From assembly GCA_002239105.1 (NCBI GenBank), contig MPNQ01000005.1, forward strand, positions 71,939 to 135,938: 64,000 nt of DNA, written 5' to 3'. Under the pieces are notes generated by a model. The model was not told where the DNA came from. It made no database searches and saw only the letters and a list, made by a program, of their open reading frames with translations. The position numbers were made by a program, and so were the translations under genes. Positions 9,466 through 18,407 of the stretch are shown piece after piece; the first letter of the stretch is position 1, and the number at the start of each line of letters is the position of its first letter. The stretch is from a marine group bacterium Sva0996 bin134 (GTDB lineage Bacteria > Actinomycetota > Acidimicrobiia > Acidimicrobiales > Bin134).

Positions 9466-9923
9466 ATTTCGTCGAACAAGCCGTCCGGCGCATCGACTAT
9501 CAGTCGATCCCCGGACTGGGTTTCCAGAAAGGTAAGCGGCACCAAGGCCCCAGTTTCCAATACCAGTAGATCGCTGGCCGGGTTGGCCTGCACCGATTCG
9601 ACCCGGCCCCGCTCCGTGCCGTCAAGTTCGCACACCATCATGCCGATCAAATCGTGAACCCACAGCTCGTCGGGGTCGGCAATGGGCTCGGCTCTTAGCG
9701 CTTGTCCTCGCAGGGAATCAGCCGTGCTTCGATCGCCGACCTCGGCGAACTGCACCAGCCAGCGCTGCTGAAAGGCTCGGGCCCCAGCCACGGTCAGCTC
9801 ACCAAGATCGGAGCACAGCACGGCCCCAACCTCCAGCCGCTCGGCACGGTTGGTCCACAGCGTGACCACGACCTCCCCCCGGATTCCGTGAGCCCGGTCG
9901 ATGCGGCCTACTTCTAGCAGCAG
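9462..9923 (-). CDS. rimM: 16S rRNA processing protein RimM (start proposed at CTG 9923)
   Basis: LLEVGRIDRAHGIRGEVVVTLWTN is the canonical RimM N-terminus. No ATG/GTG/TTG lies between it and the KH-gene stop. AGGA sits 5 nt upstream of CTG 9923. The track start at 10100 would overlap the KH gene by about 160 nt. Confidence 0.75.
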   Translation of the reverse strand: MLLEVGRIDRAHGIRGEVVVTLWTNRAERLEVGAVLCSDLGELTVAGARAFQQRWLVQFAEVGDRSTADSLRGQALRAEPIADPDELWVHDLIGMMVCELDGTERGRVESVQANPASDLLVLETGALVPLTFLETQSGDRLIVDAPDGLFDEI

Positions 9924-9939
9924 GGGCGTCCTAGATTGA

Positions 9940-10290
9940 TCAGTCGACGAATTCGACGTCGATGGGGCTGCCGTCTTTGCTGGCCGCAGCCCGCACGATG
10001 GTGCGGATGGAGTTGGCCACCCGGCCCCGACGACCGATAACCCGGCCCATGTCGCCTTCGGCCACCGTGACCTCCAAGGTGACCGCACCCTGCCGCTCAA
10101 CTACTTCTACCTCTACATCATCGGGGTTTTCCACCACCGATTTGACCAGGTATTCCAGAACATTTCGCGCCGTCGGGACTTCGATGGTGTTGATGTCGCC
10201 TTCTTCGTCGAAATCATCGCCCTCGTAGTCGTCGCGGAAGTCGTCGTTCTCGTAATCCTCGTCTTCGACTCCAATGTCGGTGTCGCTCAC
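9940..10290 (-). CDS. KH-domain RNA-binding protein (YlqC/UPF0109 type) with ~40-aa acidic N-terminal extension
   Basis: GDMGRVIGRRGRVANSIRTIV (GxxG KH loop). GTG start forms a GTGA overlap with the rpsP stop. rpsP-KH-rimM-trmD synteny. Confidence 0.85.
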   Translation of the reverse strand: MSDTDIGVEDEDYENDDFRDDYEGDDFDEEGDINTIEVPTARNVLEYLVKSVVENPDDVEVEVVERQGAVTLEVTVAEGDMGRVIGRRGRVANSIRTIVRAAASKDGSPIDVEFVD

Positions 10291-10874
10291 GATGCTTCTT
10301 CCTCAGCTTTCTCGGCGTCCTGCTCTGTGCCTTCCTCAGCCTCCACCGATTCGGCCTCGGCACCCTCATCAGCCTCGGCTGATTCTTCTGCGGAAGGGGC
10401 TTCAGCGACCTCGGCTGATTCTTCTGCGGAAGGGGCTTCAGCGACCTCGGCAGATTCTTCTTCGGAAGGGGCTTCAGCGACCTCGGCTGATTCTTCTGCG
10501 GAAGGAGCTTCAGCGACCTCGGCTGATTCTTCTGCGGAAGGGGCTTCAGCGACCTCGGCAGATGCGGCCGTGGTCACTTTCGCCGGGGGCAGATCAGCAA
10601 CCGTTACCGGGGCGACCTCGCCGGTGAACTCTGCCCATGCCCCGGAGATGACCAGCAGCTTTTGCACTCGCTCACTCGGTTGGGCGCCATGGCGAAGCCA
10701 GTGCAGCGCCTTCTCGTTGTCGATCTCGATCAGGGACGGCTCTTGGCGGGGGTTGTAGGTACCCACGATTTCGATAAACCGCCCATTGCGGGCTTTGCGG
10801 GAATCGGCTGCTACTACGCGGTAGGTGGGCTGCTTCTTCTTGCCCATCCGCATCAGCCGGAGTTTTACTGCCAC
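10287..10874 (-). CDS. rpsP: 30S ribosomal protein S16 with acidic tandem-repeat tail
   Basis: MAVKLRLMRMGKKKQPTYRVVAADSRKARNGRFIE. The C-terminal ~100 aa is Glu/Ala/Ser repeat. Confidence 0.95.
   Translation of the reverse strand: MAVKLRLMRMGKKKQPTYRVVAADSRKARNGRFIEIVGTYNPRQEPSLIEIDNEKALHWLRHGAQPSERVQKLLVISGAWAEFTGEVAPVTVADLPPAKVTTAASAEVAEAPSAEESAEVAEAPSAEESAEVAEAPSEEESAEVAEAPSAEESAEVAEAPSAEESAEADEGAEAESVEAEEGTEQDAEKAEEEAS
10374..10565. repeat. five-plus in-frame copies of a 36-nt tandem repeat (ctcggctgattcttctgcggaaggggcttcagcgac) encoding (AEVAEAPSAEES)n
   Basis: Direct reading. Units begin at 10374, 10410, 10446, 10482 and 10518, with a partial sixth unit. Confidence 0.85.
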
Positions 10875-11012
10875 TAGCCGGTCAGCCCTTCTGTCTTCTT
10901 GGGTCCATTGGGCGTCCTGAGCCCAGCTGGCCTGTCATGAGTGCCGGTGCAGGCACGAACCGGCGCCGACCGCCGGATTGAGGAAACTCTACCCGCCCAA
11001 AATCCCCGTGGG

Positions 11013-12443
11013 CTACCTCAGGGACGAGAGATCGAATTGCCCATCTTCCAAGCCGGGCAGAGTCAGCTTGGGCTTGCCCGGCTTCTTCTGCTGGCCACCC
11101 GGGGGCGTCACCCGGCTCCCCTTGCGACCCTTCTTGGGCTTCTTGCGACCCGAGCCTGGACCCTTGCCCCCCATGCGCTTCATCATCCGCTGGACCTCAC
11201 TGAACTGCCGCAGAAGCTGGGAGACCTCAGAGGGGCGACTGCCAGAGCCAGCGGCGATTCTCTGCCGACGAGAGCCGTCGACAATCCGGGGAGTGGTTCG
11301 CTCCTCAGGGGTCATCGAACAGATGATGGCCTCGACTTGGGCGATCCGGTCGTCTTCGATTTCGGCTTTGCGCACCTCGGGGGGCACGCCGGGGAGCATT
11401 CCCACCAGGTTCTGGAGCGAGCCCATCTTCTTGAGCTGGCGCATCTGCTCCAAGAAGTCCTCCAGCGTGAACTCCCCTTCGAGCAGCTTGGCCGCCGCCG
11501 CTTCGGCCTCGGCCTCCTCGTACATCTGCTCGGCCTTCTCAACCAGGGTGAGCACATCGCCCATGCCGAGAATCCGGCTGGCCACCCGGTCGGGGTGGAA
11601 CAGCTCGAACTCGTCGATCCTCTCGCCGGTGGAGGAGAAGGCGATGGGCCGGCCCACCACCTCTTTCACCGACAGCGCCGCGCCGCCGCGGGCGTCGCCG
11701 TCCACCTTGGTGAGAATCACACCGTCGAGCTCGAGAACCGCATGGAACGCCTCGGCGGTGGTCACCGCGTCCTGGCCGGTCATGGCATCGACGACCAAGA
11801 AGGTGTAGTGGGGTTCGATGGCTTCGGTTATCCGCCCGACCTGATCCATCATTTCTTCATCGATGGCCAGCCGCCCGGCGGTGTCGCAGATCACTACGTC
11901 CCGGCTGGATTCCACGGCCTCCGCCACGCCTCGGCGGGCCACCGCGACCGGATCGGAGGGCTCGCTGAACACCGGGACTCCGATGGAAGCTCCCAGGGTG
12001 CGGAGCTGCTCCACCGCGGCCGGACGCTGCAAGTCCGCGCCCACCAACATCGGGTTGCGGCCCTGCTGCTTGAACCAGGAGGCCAGCTTGGCCGCATTGG
12101 TGGTCTTGCCCGCGCCCTGAAGACCGGCCAACAGCACCACCGTGGGGGGCTTGGCCGGATGGGAGATCTCCAGTGTCTCGCCGCCCAGGGTGGCTATCAG
12201 CTCCTCATGGACGAACTTGATGACCTGTTGAACCGGGTTCAGCGCCCGGTGGACATCGGCACCCACACACCGCTCGCGGACCCTCTCCTGGAATCCGCGG
12301 ACCACATGGAGGTTTACGTCGGCCTCCAGCAGGGCCAGCCGGATCTCTCTCAGAACCTCGTCAACATCGCTTTCCCGCAGGGTCCCCAAGCCCCTCATGC
12401 GCTTGAAAATGCCCTCGAATCGGTTGCTCAGCGAGTCGAACAT
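11013..12443 (-). CDS. ffh: signal recognition particle protein Ffh
   Basis: NG domain GLQGAGKTT, DTAGRL. Met-rich M domain. Basic C-terminal tail. Confidence 0.95.
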   Translation of the reverse strand: MFDSLSNRFEGIFKRMRGLGTLRESDVDEVLREIRLALLEADVNLHVVRGFQERVRERCVGADVHRALNPVQQVIKFVHEELIATLGGETLEISHPAKPPTVVLLAGLQGAGKTTNAAKLASWFKQQGRNPMLVGADLQRPAAVEQLRTLGASIGVPVFSEPSDPVAVARRGVAEAVESSRDVVICDTAGRLAIDEEMMDQVGRITEAIEPHYTFLVVDAMTGQDAVTTAEAFHAVLELDGVILTKVDGDARGGAALSVKEVVGRPIAFSSTGERIDEFELFHPDRVASRILGMGDVLTLVEKAEQMYEEAEAEAAAAKLLEGEFTLEDFLEQMRQLKKMGSLQNLVGMLPGVPPEVRKAEIEDDRIAQVEAIICSMTPEERTTPRIVDGSRRQRIAAGSGSRPSEVSQLLRQFSEVQRMMKRMGGKGPGSGRKKPKKGRKGSRVTPPGGQQKKPGKPKLTLPGLEDGQFDLSSLR

Positions 12444-12491
12444 GGACTGCCTACCCTAGTGGTCCACCTCGGAAAACTGTGCTTCGGGGGA

Positions 12492-13382
12492 TCAGGAGAA
12501 CAGAGCTTCGACGAACTCGGCGGCGTCGAATTCCAGCAAGTCGTCGACCCCTTCTCCAAGGCCCACCAGCTTTACCGGGATGTCCAACTCGTCTTGCACG
12601 GCCATGACGATGCCGCCCTTGGCCGACCCATCGAGCTTGGTGAGAACCACCCCGGTCAGCTCGGCCGTCTCGGTGAACCGGCGAGCTTGGGCTAGGCCGT
12701 TTTGACCAGTGCTGGCGTCAATCACCAACAGCACCTCGGTAACCGTTCCCGGACCCTTGCCGGCCACTCGGTGGATTTTGGACAGCTCTTCCATCAGGTT
12801 GGTGCGGGTGTGGAGGCGACCGGCGGTATCGGCCATAACCAGCGGAACTCCCGTAGCTGAGGCGTGTTCAATGGCGTCGAAGACTACCGAGCTGGGATCG
12901 GCGCCCTCAGCCCCCCGGATGAGCTCGGCTCCTGCCCTATCGGCCCACTGACCAAGCTGCTCAGCAGCCGCCGCCCGAAATGTGTCTCCTGCGGCCAGTA
13001 CCACCTTGCGGCCGCTCTGCACCTCCCGGGCGGCCAGCTTGCCGATGGTGGTGGTCTTGCCCACCCCGTTCACGCCAACAAACAGCCACACCGCAGGGTT
13101 GCCGTCGGTCGCCAACTCCAGGTCGCGGCCCCCCAGGTTTTCGGCCATCTGAGCCTTGAGCAGAGCCACAAGGGCCTCCGAGTCTTTGACCTTGCCGTCC
13201 TTGGCTTGCTCCTTCAGCGTCTCCAGCAGCGCGGTGGTGGTGCCGACACCGGCGTCGGCCAGGATCAATGCGTCTTCCAGCTCCTCCCAAGTGGCGTCGT
13301 CCACGCCCCGGGAGACCACCGAGGCCAGAAAACCCGAAAACGTCCCTCGCCCCGAGGACAGTCGGTAACGACGACGCACCAC
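12492..13382 (-). CDS. ftsY: SRP receptor FtsY (NG domain only, no long A domain)
   Basis: GVNGVGKTTTIGKLA, DTAGRLH, TKLDGSAKGG. Confidence 0.95.
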   Translation of the reverse strand: MVRRRYRLSSGRGTFSGFLASVVSRGVDDATWEELEDALILADAGVGTTTALLETLKEQAKDGKVKDSEALVALLKAQMAENLGGRDLELATDGNPAVWLFVGVNGVGKTTTIGKLAAREVQSGRKVVLAAGDTFRAAAAEQLGQWADRAGAELIRGAEGADPSSVVFDAIEHASATGVPLVMADTAGRLHTRTNLMEELSKIHRVAGKGPGTVTEVLLVIDASTGQNGLAQARRFTETAELTGVVLTKLDGSAKGGIVMAVQDELDIPVKLVGLGEGVDDLLEFDAAEFVEALFS

Positions 13383-13388
13383 TAGCCC

Positions 13389-14786
13389 CTAACCATCCTC
13401 GGGCAATTCAAGGGTTGGCCGAGAACCGATTACCACGGTGAGGGTGATGTGTACGTCGTCGCGTACCACCTCCAGTTCCACCTCGGTTCCGGGGATGCGG
13501 AATTGGACCTTGGCAGCCAACTCGGTGAACGTCGAAACCACTTCGTCGTCGATGAGCACGATCAGGTCGTCCACCATCAGTCCGGCTTCATAGGCTGGTG
13601 TTCCCTGCTCCACCTCCACGACCAGGGCGCCCGGATGGCCGATCTCCGGATCGGTACCCCAGATTCCCAGATAGCCGAGTTCGGTGCTCTCGCCTTTCAA
13701 AATGCGCTCCGCGATGTTCAGCGCAATGTCGGAGGGGATGGCAAACCCCAAGCCGATGTTGCCGATTGAGCCGTCGGTCTGGATAAGGGTGTTCATGCCG
13801 ATGACCTGACCCAAGCGGTTGGCCAAAGCGCCTCCCGAATTGCCGGGGTTGATGGGAGCATCGGTCTGGATCATCTCGACGAAGGCGCTGCCCCCCGTTC
13901 CCTCTCTGATCGCTCGGCCGACGGCGCTGACGATCCCAGAGGTCACCGATTGCTGCAAGCCGAACGGGCTTCCCACAGCCACCGCTAGCTGACCGACCTC
14001 AACGGTTGACCGGTCGGCAAAGACGGCAGGGGTGAGCACCATGTCGGTGTCGACCCTCACCAAACCCACATCAATGGCTGGCGCGGTGCCAACCACCACG
14101 CCCTCCGCCCGGGTGCCGTCGGCAAACTGCACCCTCACGTTCTCGGCCTCGCCCAGAACGTGGGCGTTGGTCAAGATCAGGCCGGACGCGTCGTAGACGA
14201 TCCCCGAACCCTGTCCATACCTGGGCTGGCCTTCGGGGGTCTCTGACTCAAAATCAGGGATGTCCGGTTCGATGTCGGGAATGTCCTCCTCCAGATCAGG
14301 AAGCTCAGGGATCTCCAAATCCTCCCCTTCCCCGACCACCTCAATGAGCACCACCGACGGGATGACCGCTCGAGCCACCTCAACTACTGGATCGGATGGC
14401 GCGAGAGGCGGGCTAGAGCCGTTGGCCTCCCCCGACGGCGACGCGATTAAAGGGGTCTCGAGAGGCGGGGATTGATCGGGTGGAGCGCTCACCACCTGAG
14501 GGCCTGAGACGACGACAACCTCAGGCGCAGGGGCGTCTTGGTTGAAAAAGATGCTGCCGACGCCGATCCCTATGCCAACCAGTCCCAACACAGCCAGCAG
14601 CACCGATGCCACCAGCATGTATGTGACTGGATTGCGGGGTTGGTGCGGTGGATTTCTGGTAGGTGACCAGGCAACAACCTCAACCTCACGCGGCTCTGGC
14701 AAGTTGCTGGATCGCTCGGCTGGGCGTTCCAGTTCCCACCCCAATGGATCCCACTCCGACCGGGGATCGTCGGGCTCGTTGCTCAT
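13389..14786 (-). CDS. membrane-anchored HtrA/DegP-family serine protease with PDZ domain
   Basis: One TM helix (YMLVASVLLAVLGLVGIGIGV). Catalytic His TNAHVL and Ser GNSGGAL. C-terminal PDZ. Confidence 0.9.
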   Translation of the reverse strand: MSNEPDDPRSEWDPLGWELERPAERSSNLPEPREVEVVAWSPTRNPPHQPRNPVTYMLVASVLLAVLGLVGIGIGVGSIFFNQDAPAPEVVVVSGPQVVSAPPDQSPPLETPLIASPSGEANGSSPPLAPSDPVVEVARAVIPSVVLIEVVGEGEDLEIPELPDLEEDIPDIEPDIPDFESETPEGQPRYGQGSGIVYDASGLILTNAHVLGEAENVRVQFADGTRAEGVVVGTAPAIDVGLVRVDTDMVLTPAVFADRSTVEVGQLAVAVGSPFGLQQSVTSGIVSAVGRAIREGTGGSAFVEMIQTDAPINPGNSGGALANRLGQVIGMNTLIQTDGSIGNIGLGFAIPSDIALNIAERILKGESTELGYLGIWGTDPEIGHPGALVVEVEQGTPAYEAGLMVDDLIVLIDDEVVSTFTELAAKVQFRIPGTEVELEVVRDDVHITLTVVIGSRPTLELPEDG

Positions 14787-14802
14787 CGTGTGTGCTGAAT
14801 CC

Positions 14803-17800
14803 TCAGCTTTGTCCGAGAAGTACCTTTGGCTGCGAGGCTACCACCACTTTTTCGGAAAGCACTTTGGAGCTTCCCCCCGGTTTCATGGACACGCCGTAGA
14901 GGCAGTCGGCCGCCTCCATCGTGCGTTTCTGGTGGCTCACGATCAGCAGTTGGGCGTCAGCCCGGAACTCGTCGATGAGCTGGAGGAAGCGGTGCAAGTT
15001 GACGTCGTCAAGGGCCGCTTCCACCTCATCCATGACATAGAACGGCGATGGACGACTGCGGAACACCGCGAATAGCAAGGCCATCGCGGTGAGCGAGCGC
15101 TCCCCTCCCGACAGAAGGCTCAGACGACGGATGTTCTTGCCCGAAGGGCGGGCCTCGATCTCCACCCCGGTGTCGAGCAGCGCATCGGGCTGGGTGAGCC
15201 GCAGCTTGCCCTCTCCGCCGGGGAACAGCGTCTGGAAAAGATCGGTGAAATTGCGGGCCACGTCGGCGTAGGCCGAAGAGAACACGCTGACAATCTCCTC
15301 ATCGATCTTGCGGATCACCTTGCGGAGCTCCCGGCGGCTTTGGCGTATGTCGTCAATCTGGCCTTGGGTGAACTCGTAGCGCTCCGAGAGCGTCTCGTAT
15401 TCCTCCAGCGCCAGGGGGTTGACCGGCCCCATGATGCGCAGTTCTTGTTCCAATGCCCTTATCCGGTCGGCGGGAGCGACGCCCGGCTCTATGGGCGGGC
15501 ATTCCACGGCCACCGCTTCACCGGGCTCGCAGTCCAGCTCCCTGCGGCACCGTTCGACCGCCGCTTCCAGCCTGATGCCCGCCTCGGCCAATTCGATCTC
15601 CGCGCTGCGGTCCCGCTCCCGGCACTGCCCCAGCCGGGCCTCGGCCTGAGCCCTCTGACTGCGCAAATCCTCGAGCCGACGCGCGGCCACCCGGGCCGCC
15701 TCTGATTCCTGGGCCCGCCGGCGGCGCAGATCCTCCAGATGGCGGCTCGCGTCCTGAGCCCTCTGGGCCACCAAGCCCAGAAGATGTTCGACAACGGTCA
15801 GCCGAACGTCTACTGCTTCCCGGCGGGTGGCGGCCTCGGAGCGGGCTTGGGCCATCTGGCTCAACCGCCTCTCAATGTCGTCTCGCTGATCGGCCAGCAG
15901 ACGCCGCCGCTCCCCCAAACTCGCGGCCCGCACCTCGTGGTCGGAGCGGAGGCGGTTAACCGCCTGTGACTTCTTGGACAACTCATCGCGGTCTTGGTGC
16001 ATGTCCTCGGCGCGCACCCGTTGCTCGACTTCCCTAGCCTCGTGCAGAGGTAGTTCCTGGTGCAGTTCGCCAGCCCGCCTGCGATCCTCGGAGATCCTGG
16101 AATCCAGCTCGTCGCGGCGAGGTCCCAGCGCAGCGATCCCCACCTCCGCGTCGCGAAGCTCCCGTTCCACCGCGGCCGCCCGAGCCCGAGCACCGTCCAA
16201 CGCCCCTGACAAGCTGTCGGCATCCAAGCGGGCCCGGTTGGCACCCTGTTCGGCCTCTTCCAGTCGACGATCGGCCAAGGCCATCTCCTGCTCGGCAGCA
16301 TCGACCCCGTCGGCTCCCAGCGCCGCAGCCTGCTCGGCCTCCTCCAACAGCCCCCTGGTGGCCCCTGAGCGCCGTACGCCCACCCGCCACCCCGACGGGG
16401 AGAACCGGCCGCCCCGACGGGTCACCACCACCGCAGAGGGGTCGGCAATCGCCGCTTGGGCGGCCTCTTCGCTGCTATCCGCCACCCCGACCCCGCCAAC
16501 CAAGGCGTCGAGCAACTGGGTCATTCCCGCCACCGTTGAGCGCACATGAGGACGCAGGGGTACCCCGACGGTCGGAGTCGTCGGTGCTACGCCCGGCCCC
16601 CCCAGGGCCAAAACCGCGCCGGTCACGTTGTCCGCCTCCAAGGTGGCAATGGCACGCATGGCGACCTGGGAGTCGGTTGCCACCACCGCGGCCACTGCCT
16701 CGCCGGCGGCAGCCTCAAACGCGGCCTCCCAACCCCTATCGATGTCGACGATTTCGAGCAAAGTGCCGACTACACCCTCAATACCCACCAGTCGCTGAGC
16801 ACCAGACCGGTCGCGTGCCTCGTCCAACGCCAGCGACAGCGCCTCGCGTCGAGCCTCCCACGCCTGACGGTCTCCCAACGCCCCGGCATGGGCCGCCCTC
16901 GCCAATTCGCTGTTTGCCCTGGCCTCCTCAACTGAATGCCCGGCAATCTCGTACTCATGTCGCCCCGACTGATGCGCAGCCTCGGCCTCCACGGCCGCGG
17001 CCCAGCATCGGTCCAACTCCTCGACTAGCGCCTGACGGCGACCTTCCAAATCTTCCAGGTTCCGGCCCAGGCGATCTGACTCCGCTTGATCCCGCTGGAT
17101 CGATGCCTCCAAGATCCTCATCTCGCCCTTGATCCGAGGCGCGTCCGATGCCGACTCAGGCACTCCTTGGTCACCCCACCGCTGGTCGAACGACAGTTTG
17201 AGCTGCTCCAGCTGATGCTCAGCGTCGGCAACCTCAGCCTCGTCGGGGGCCAAAGCTGCCAGCGCCTCCTCCACTTCGAGCAGCTCTCTGCCCAGCCGAT
17301 CAGACTCGGCCTCCAAGGTGGCCACCACGTCTTCGTCCACCCCGGCACTGCGCTCGCGCTGCATGCGTATGCGACGCTCCGACAACAGCGCCTCAAGCCC
17401 CCGGAGGCGCTCGGTGAGCCCCTCGAAGCGCATTAGGGCGTCGCTGATGTCGTGGCCGTCGGCCGCCGACAACTGAGCCTCGGCCGCAGCCAGGTCGCGA
17501 TCAAAGGCCTCGGCCTGCATCGACAGCTGCTGCATCTCCCGGCGATCGGCCGCCTGGTCCTGCGTCAGTTGGCGAACTCGGCCGCGCAGCTGGCCTATCT
17601 CTTGTCCGGCCACGTAGCGGCGAAGACCGCTCAACTCGGCCAGAAGGCCACCGTGGCGTCGAGCGGCCTCGGCTTGGCGCTCCAGCGGTCGCAGCTGGCG
17701 TCGTATCTCCCTCACCACATCGGACAGTCGGGTGAGATTGGCCTCCGACGCGGCCAGCCGCCTCTCGGACTTCTCCTTGCGGCGGCGATACTTCAAGACG

Positions 17801-18297
17801 CCGGCGGCCTCCTCGATGACCGCCCGGCGATCCTCGGGCCGGGCACTCAGGACCCCTTCGATCTGGCGCTGGGAGACGATCACATGCTGTTGGCGGCCAA
17901 CTCCGGAGTCGCTCATCAGCTCCTGAATGTCAAGGAGGCGACAGGGCACCCCGTTGATGGCGTAGGTGCTGTCCCCGCTGCGAAACAGAGTTCGGGTGAC
18001 GGTGACCTCTTCGAAGTCGATAGGCAGGAGACGGGAGGTGTTGTCGATGCTCAGCGACACTTCGGCTCGGCCCAGACCTGCCCGAGAGGCAGTTCCGGCA
18101 AAGATGACATCGTCCATCTTGGCCGAGCGCACCGACGTGGGGGCCTGTGCTCCCAGAGCCCAGGCCACCGCGTCCACCACATTGGACTTTCCGCTGCCAT
18201 TGGGGCCCACGATCACCGTCACACCGGGCTCGAAGACCAGCGTGGTGGAGTCGGCAAAGGATTTGAACCCTTTGAGCGTCAGCGCCTTCAAGAACAC
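14803..18297 (-). CDS. smc: chromosome partition protein Smc
   Basis: 1164 aa. Walker A GPNGSGKSN, long coiled coils, hinge, signature LSGGE, Walker B FYVMDEVEAALD. Confidence 0.95.
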   Translation of the reverse strand: MFLKALTLKGFKSFADSTTLVFEPGVTVIVGPNGSGKSNVVDAVAWALGAQAPTSVRSAKMDDVIFAGTASRAGLGRAEVSLSIDNTSRLLPIDFEEVTVTRTLFRSGDSTYAINGVPCRLLDIQELMSDSGVGRQQHVIVSQRQIEGVLSARPEDRRAVIEEAAGVLKYRRRKEKSERRLAASEANLTRLSDVVREIRRQLRPLERQAEAARRHGGLLAELSGLRRYVAGQEIGQLRGRVRQLTQDQAADRREMQQLSMQAEAFDRDLAAAEAQLSAADGHDISDALMRFEGLTERLRGLEALLSERRIRMQRERSAGVDEDVVATLEAESDRLGRELLEVEEALAALAPDEAEVADAEHQLEQLKLSFDQRWGDQGVPESASDAPRIKGEMRILEASIQRDQAESDRLGRNLEDLEGRRQALVEELDRCWAAAVEAEAAHQSGRHEYEIAGHSVEEARANSELARAAHAGALGDRQAWEARREALSLALDEARDRSGAQRLVGIEGVVGTLLEIVDIDRGWEAAFEAAAGEAVAAVVATDSQVAMRAIATLEADNVTGAVLALGGPGVAPTTPTVGVPLRPHVRSTVAGMTQLLDALVGGVGVADSSEEAAQAAIADPSAVVVTRRGGRFSPSGWRVGVRRSGATRGLLEEAEQAAALGADGVDAAEQEMALADRRLEEAEQGANRARLDADSLSGALDGARARAAAVERELRDAEVGIAALGPRRDELDSRISEDRRRAGELHQELPLHEAREVEQRVRAEDMHQDRDELSKKSQAVNRLRSDHEVRAASLGERRRLLADQRDDIERRLSQMAQARSEAATRREAVDVRLTVVEHLLGLVAQRAQDASRHLEDLRRRRAQESEAARVAARRLEDLRSQRAQAEARLGQCRERDRSAEIELAEAGIRLEAAVERCRRELDCEPGEAVAVECPPIEPGVAPADRIRALEQELRIMGPVNPLALEEYETLSERYEFTQGQIDDIRQSRRELRKVIRKIDEEIVSVFSSAYADVARNFTDLFQTLFPGGEGKLRLTQPDALLDTGVEIEARPSGKNIRRLSLLSGGERSLTAMALLFAVFRSRPSPFYVMDEVEAALDDVNLHRFLQLIDEFRADAQLLIVSHQKRTMEAADCLYGVSMKPGGSSKVLSEKVVVASQPKVLLGQS

Positions 18298-18407
18298 CTA
18301 TGCGACCCTACCCAGCGAGAAGCCGCGAATTGTGGAACTAGCTGAAAGCGCGTGTCATCTCACTCGCTAGGGGAACTACCGCAAGTTGCCCTGTGGCGCG
18401 TTGGGGG

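Noticed and set aside
10941-12695. 584-aa plus-strand ORF spanning the whole of ffh and the 3' part of ftsY
   Set aside because: It is antisense to two unmistakable, motif-complete genes. Its translation is Gly/Arg/Leu/His-rich low-complexity sequence with no domain signature. Long stop-free antisense frames are the expected by-product of GC3-biased codon usage.
14223-14333. Acidic insert EGEDLEIPELPDLEEDIPDIEPDIPDFESETPEGQP in the HtrA-like protease
   Set aside because: It maps to the variable loop between the first beta-strands and the GSG segment (the LA-loop region), which is long and divergent in many HtrA/DegP proteins. It is not unusual enough to flag.
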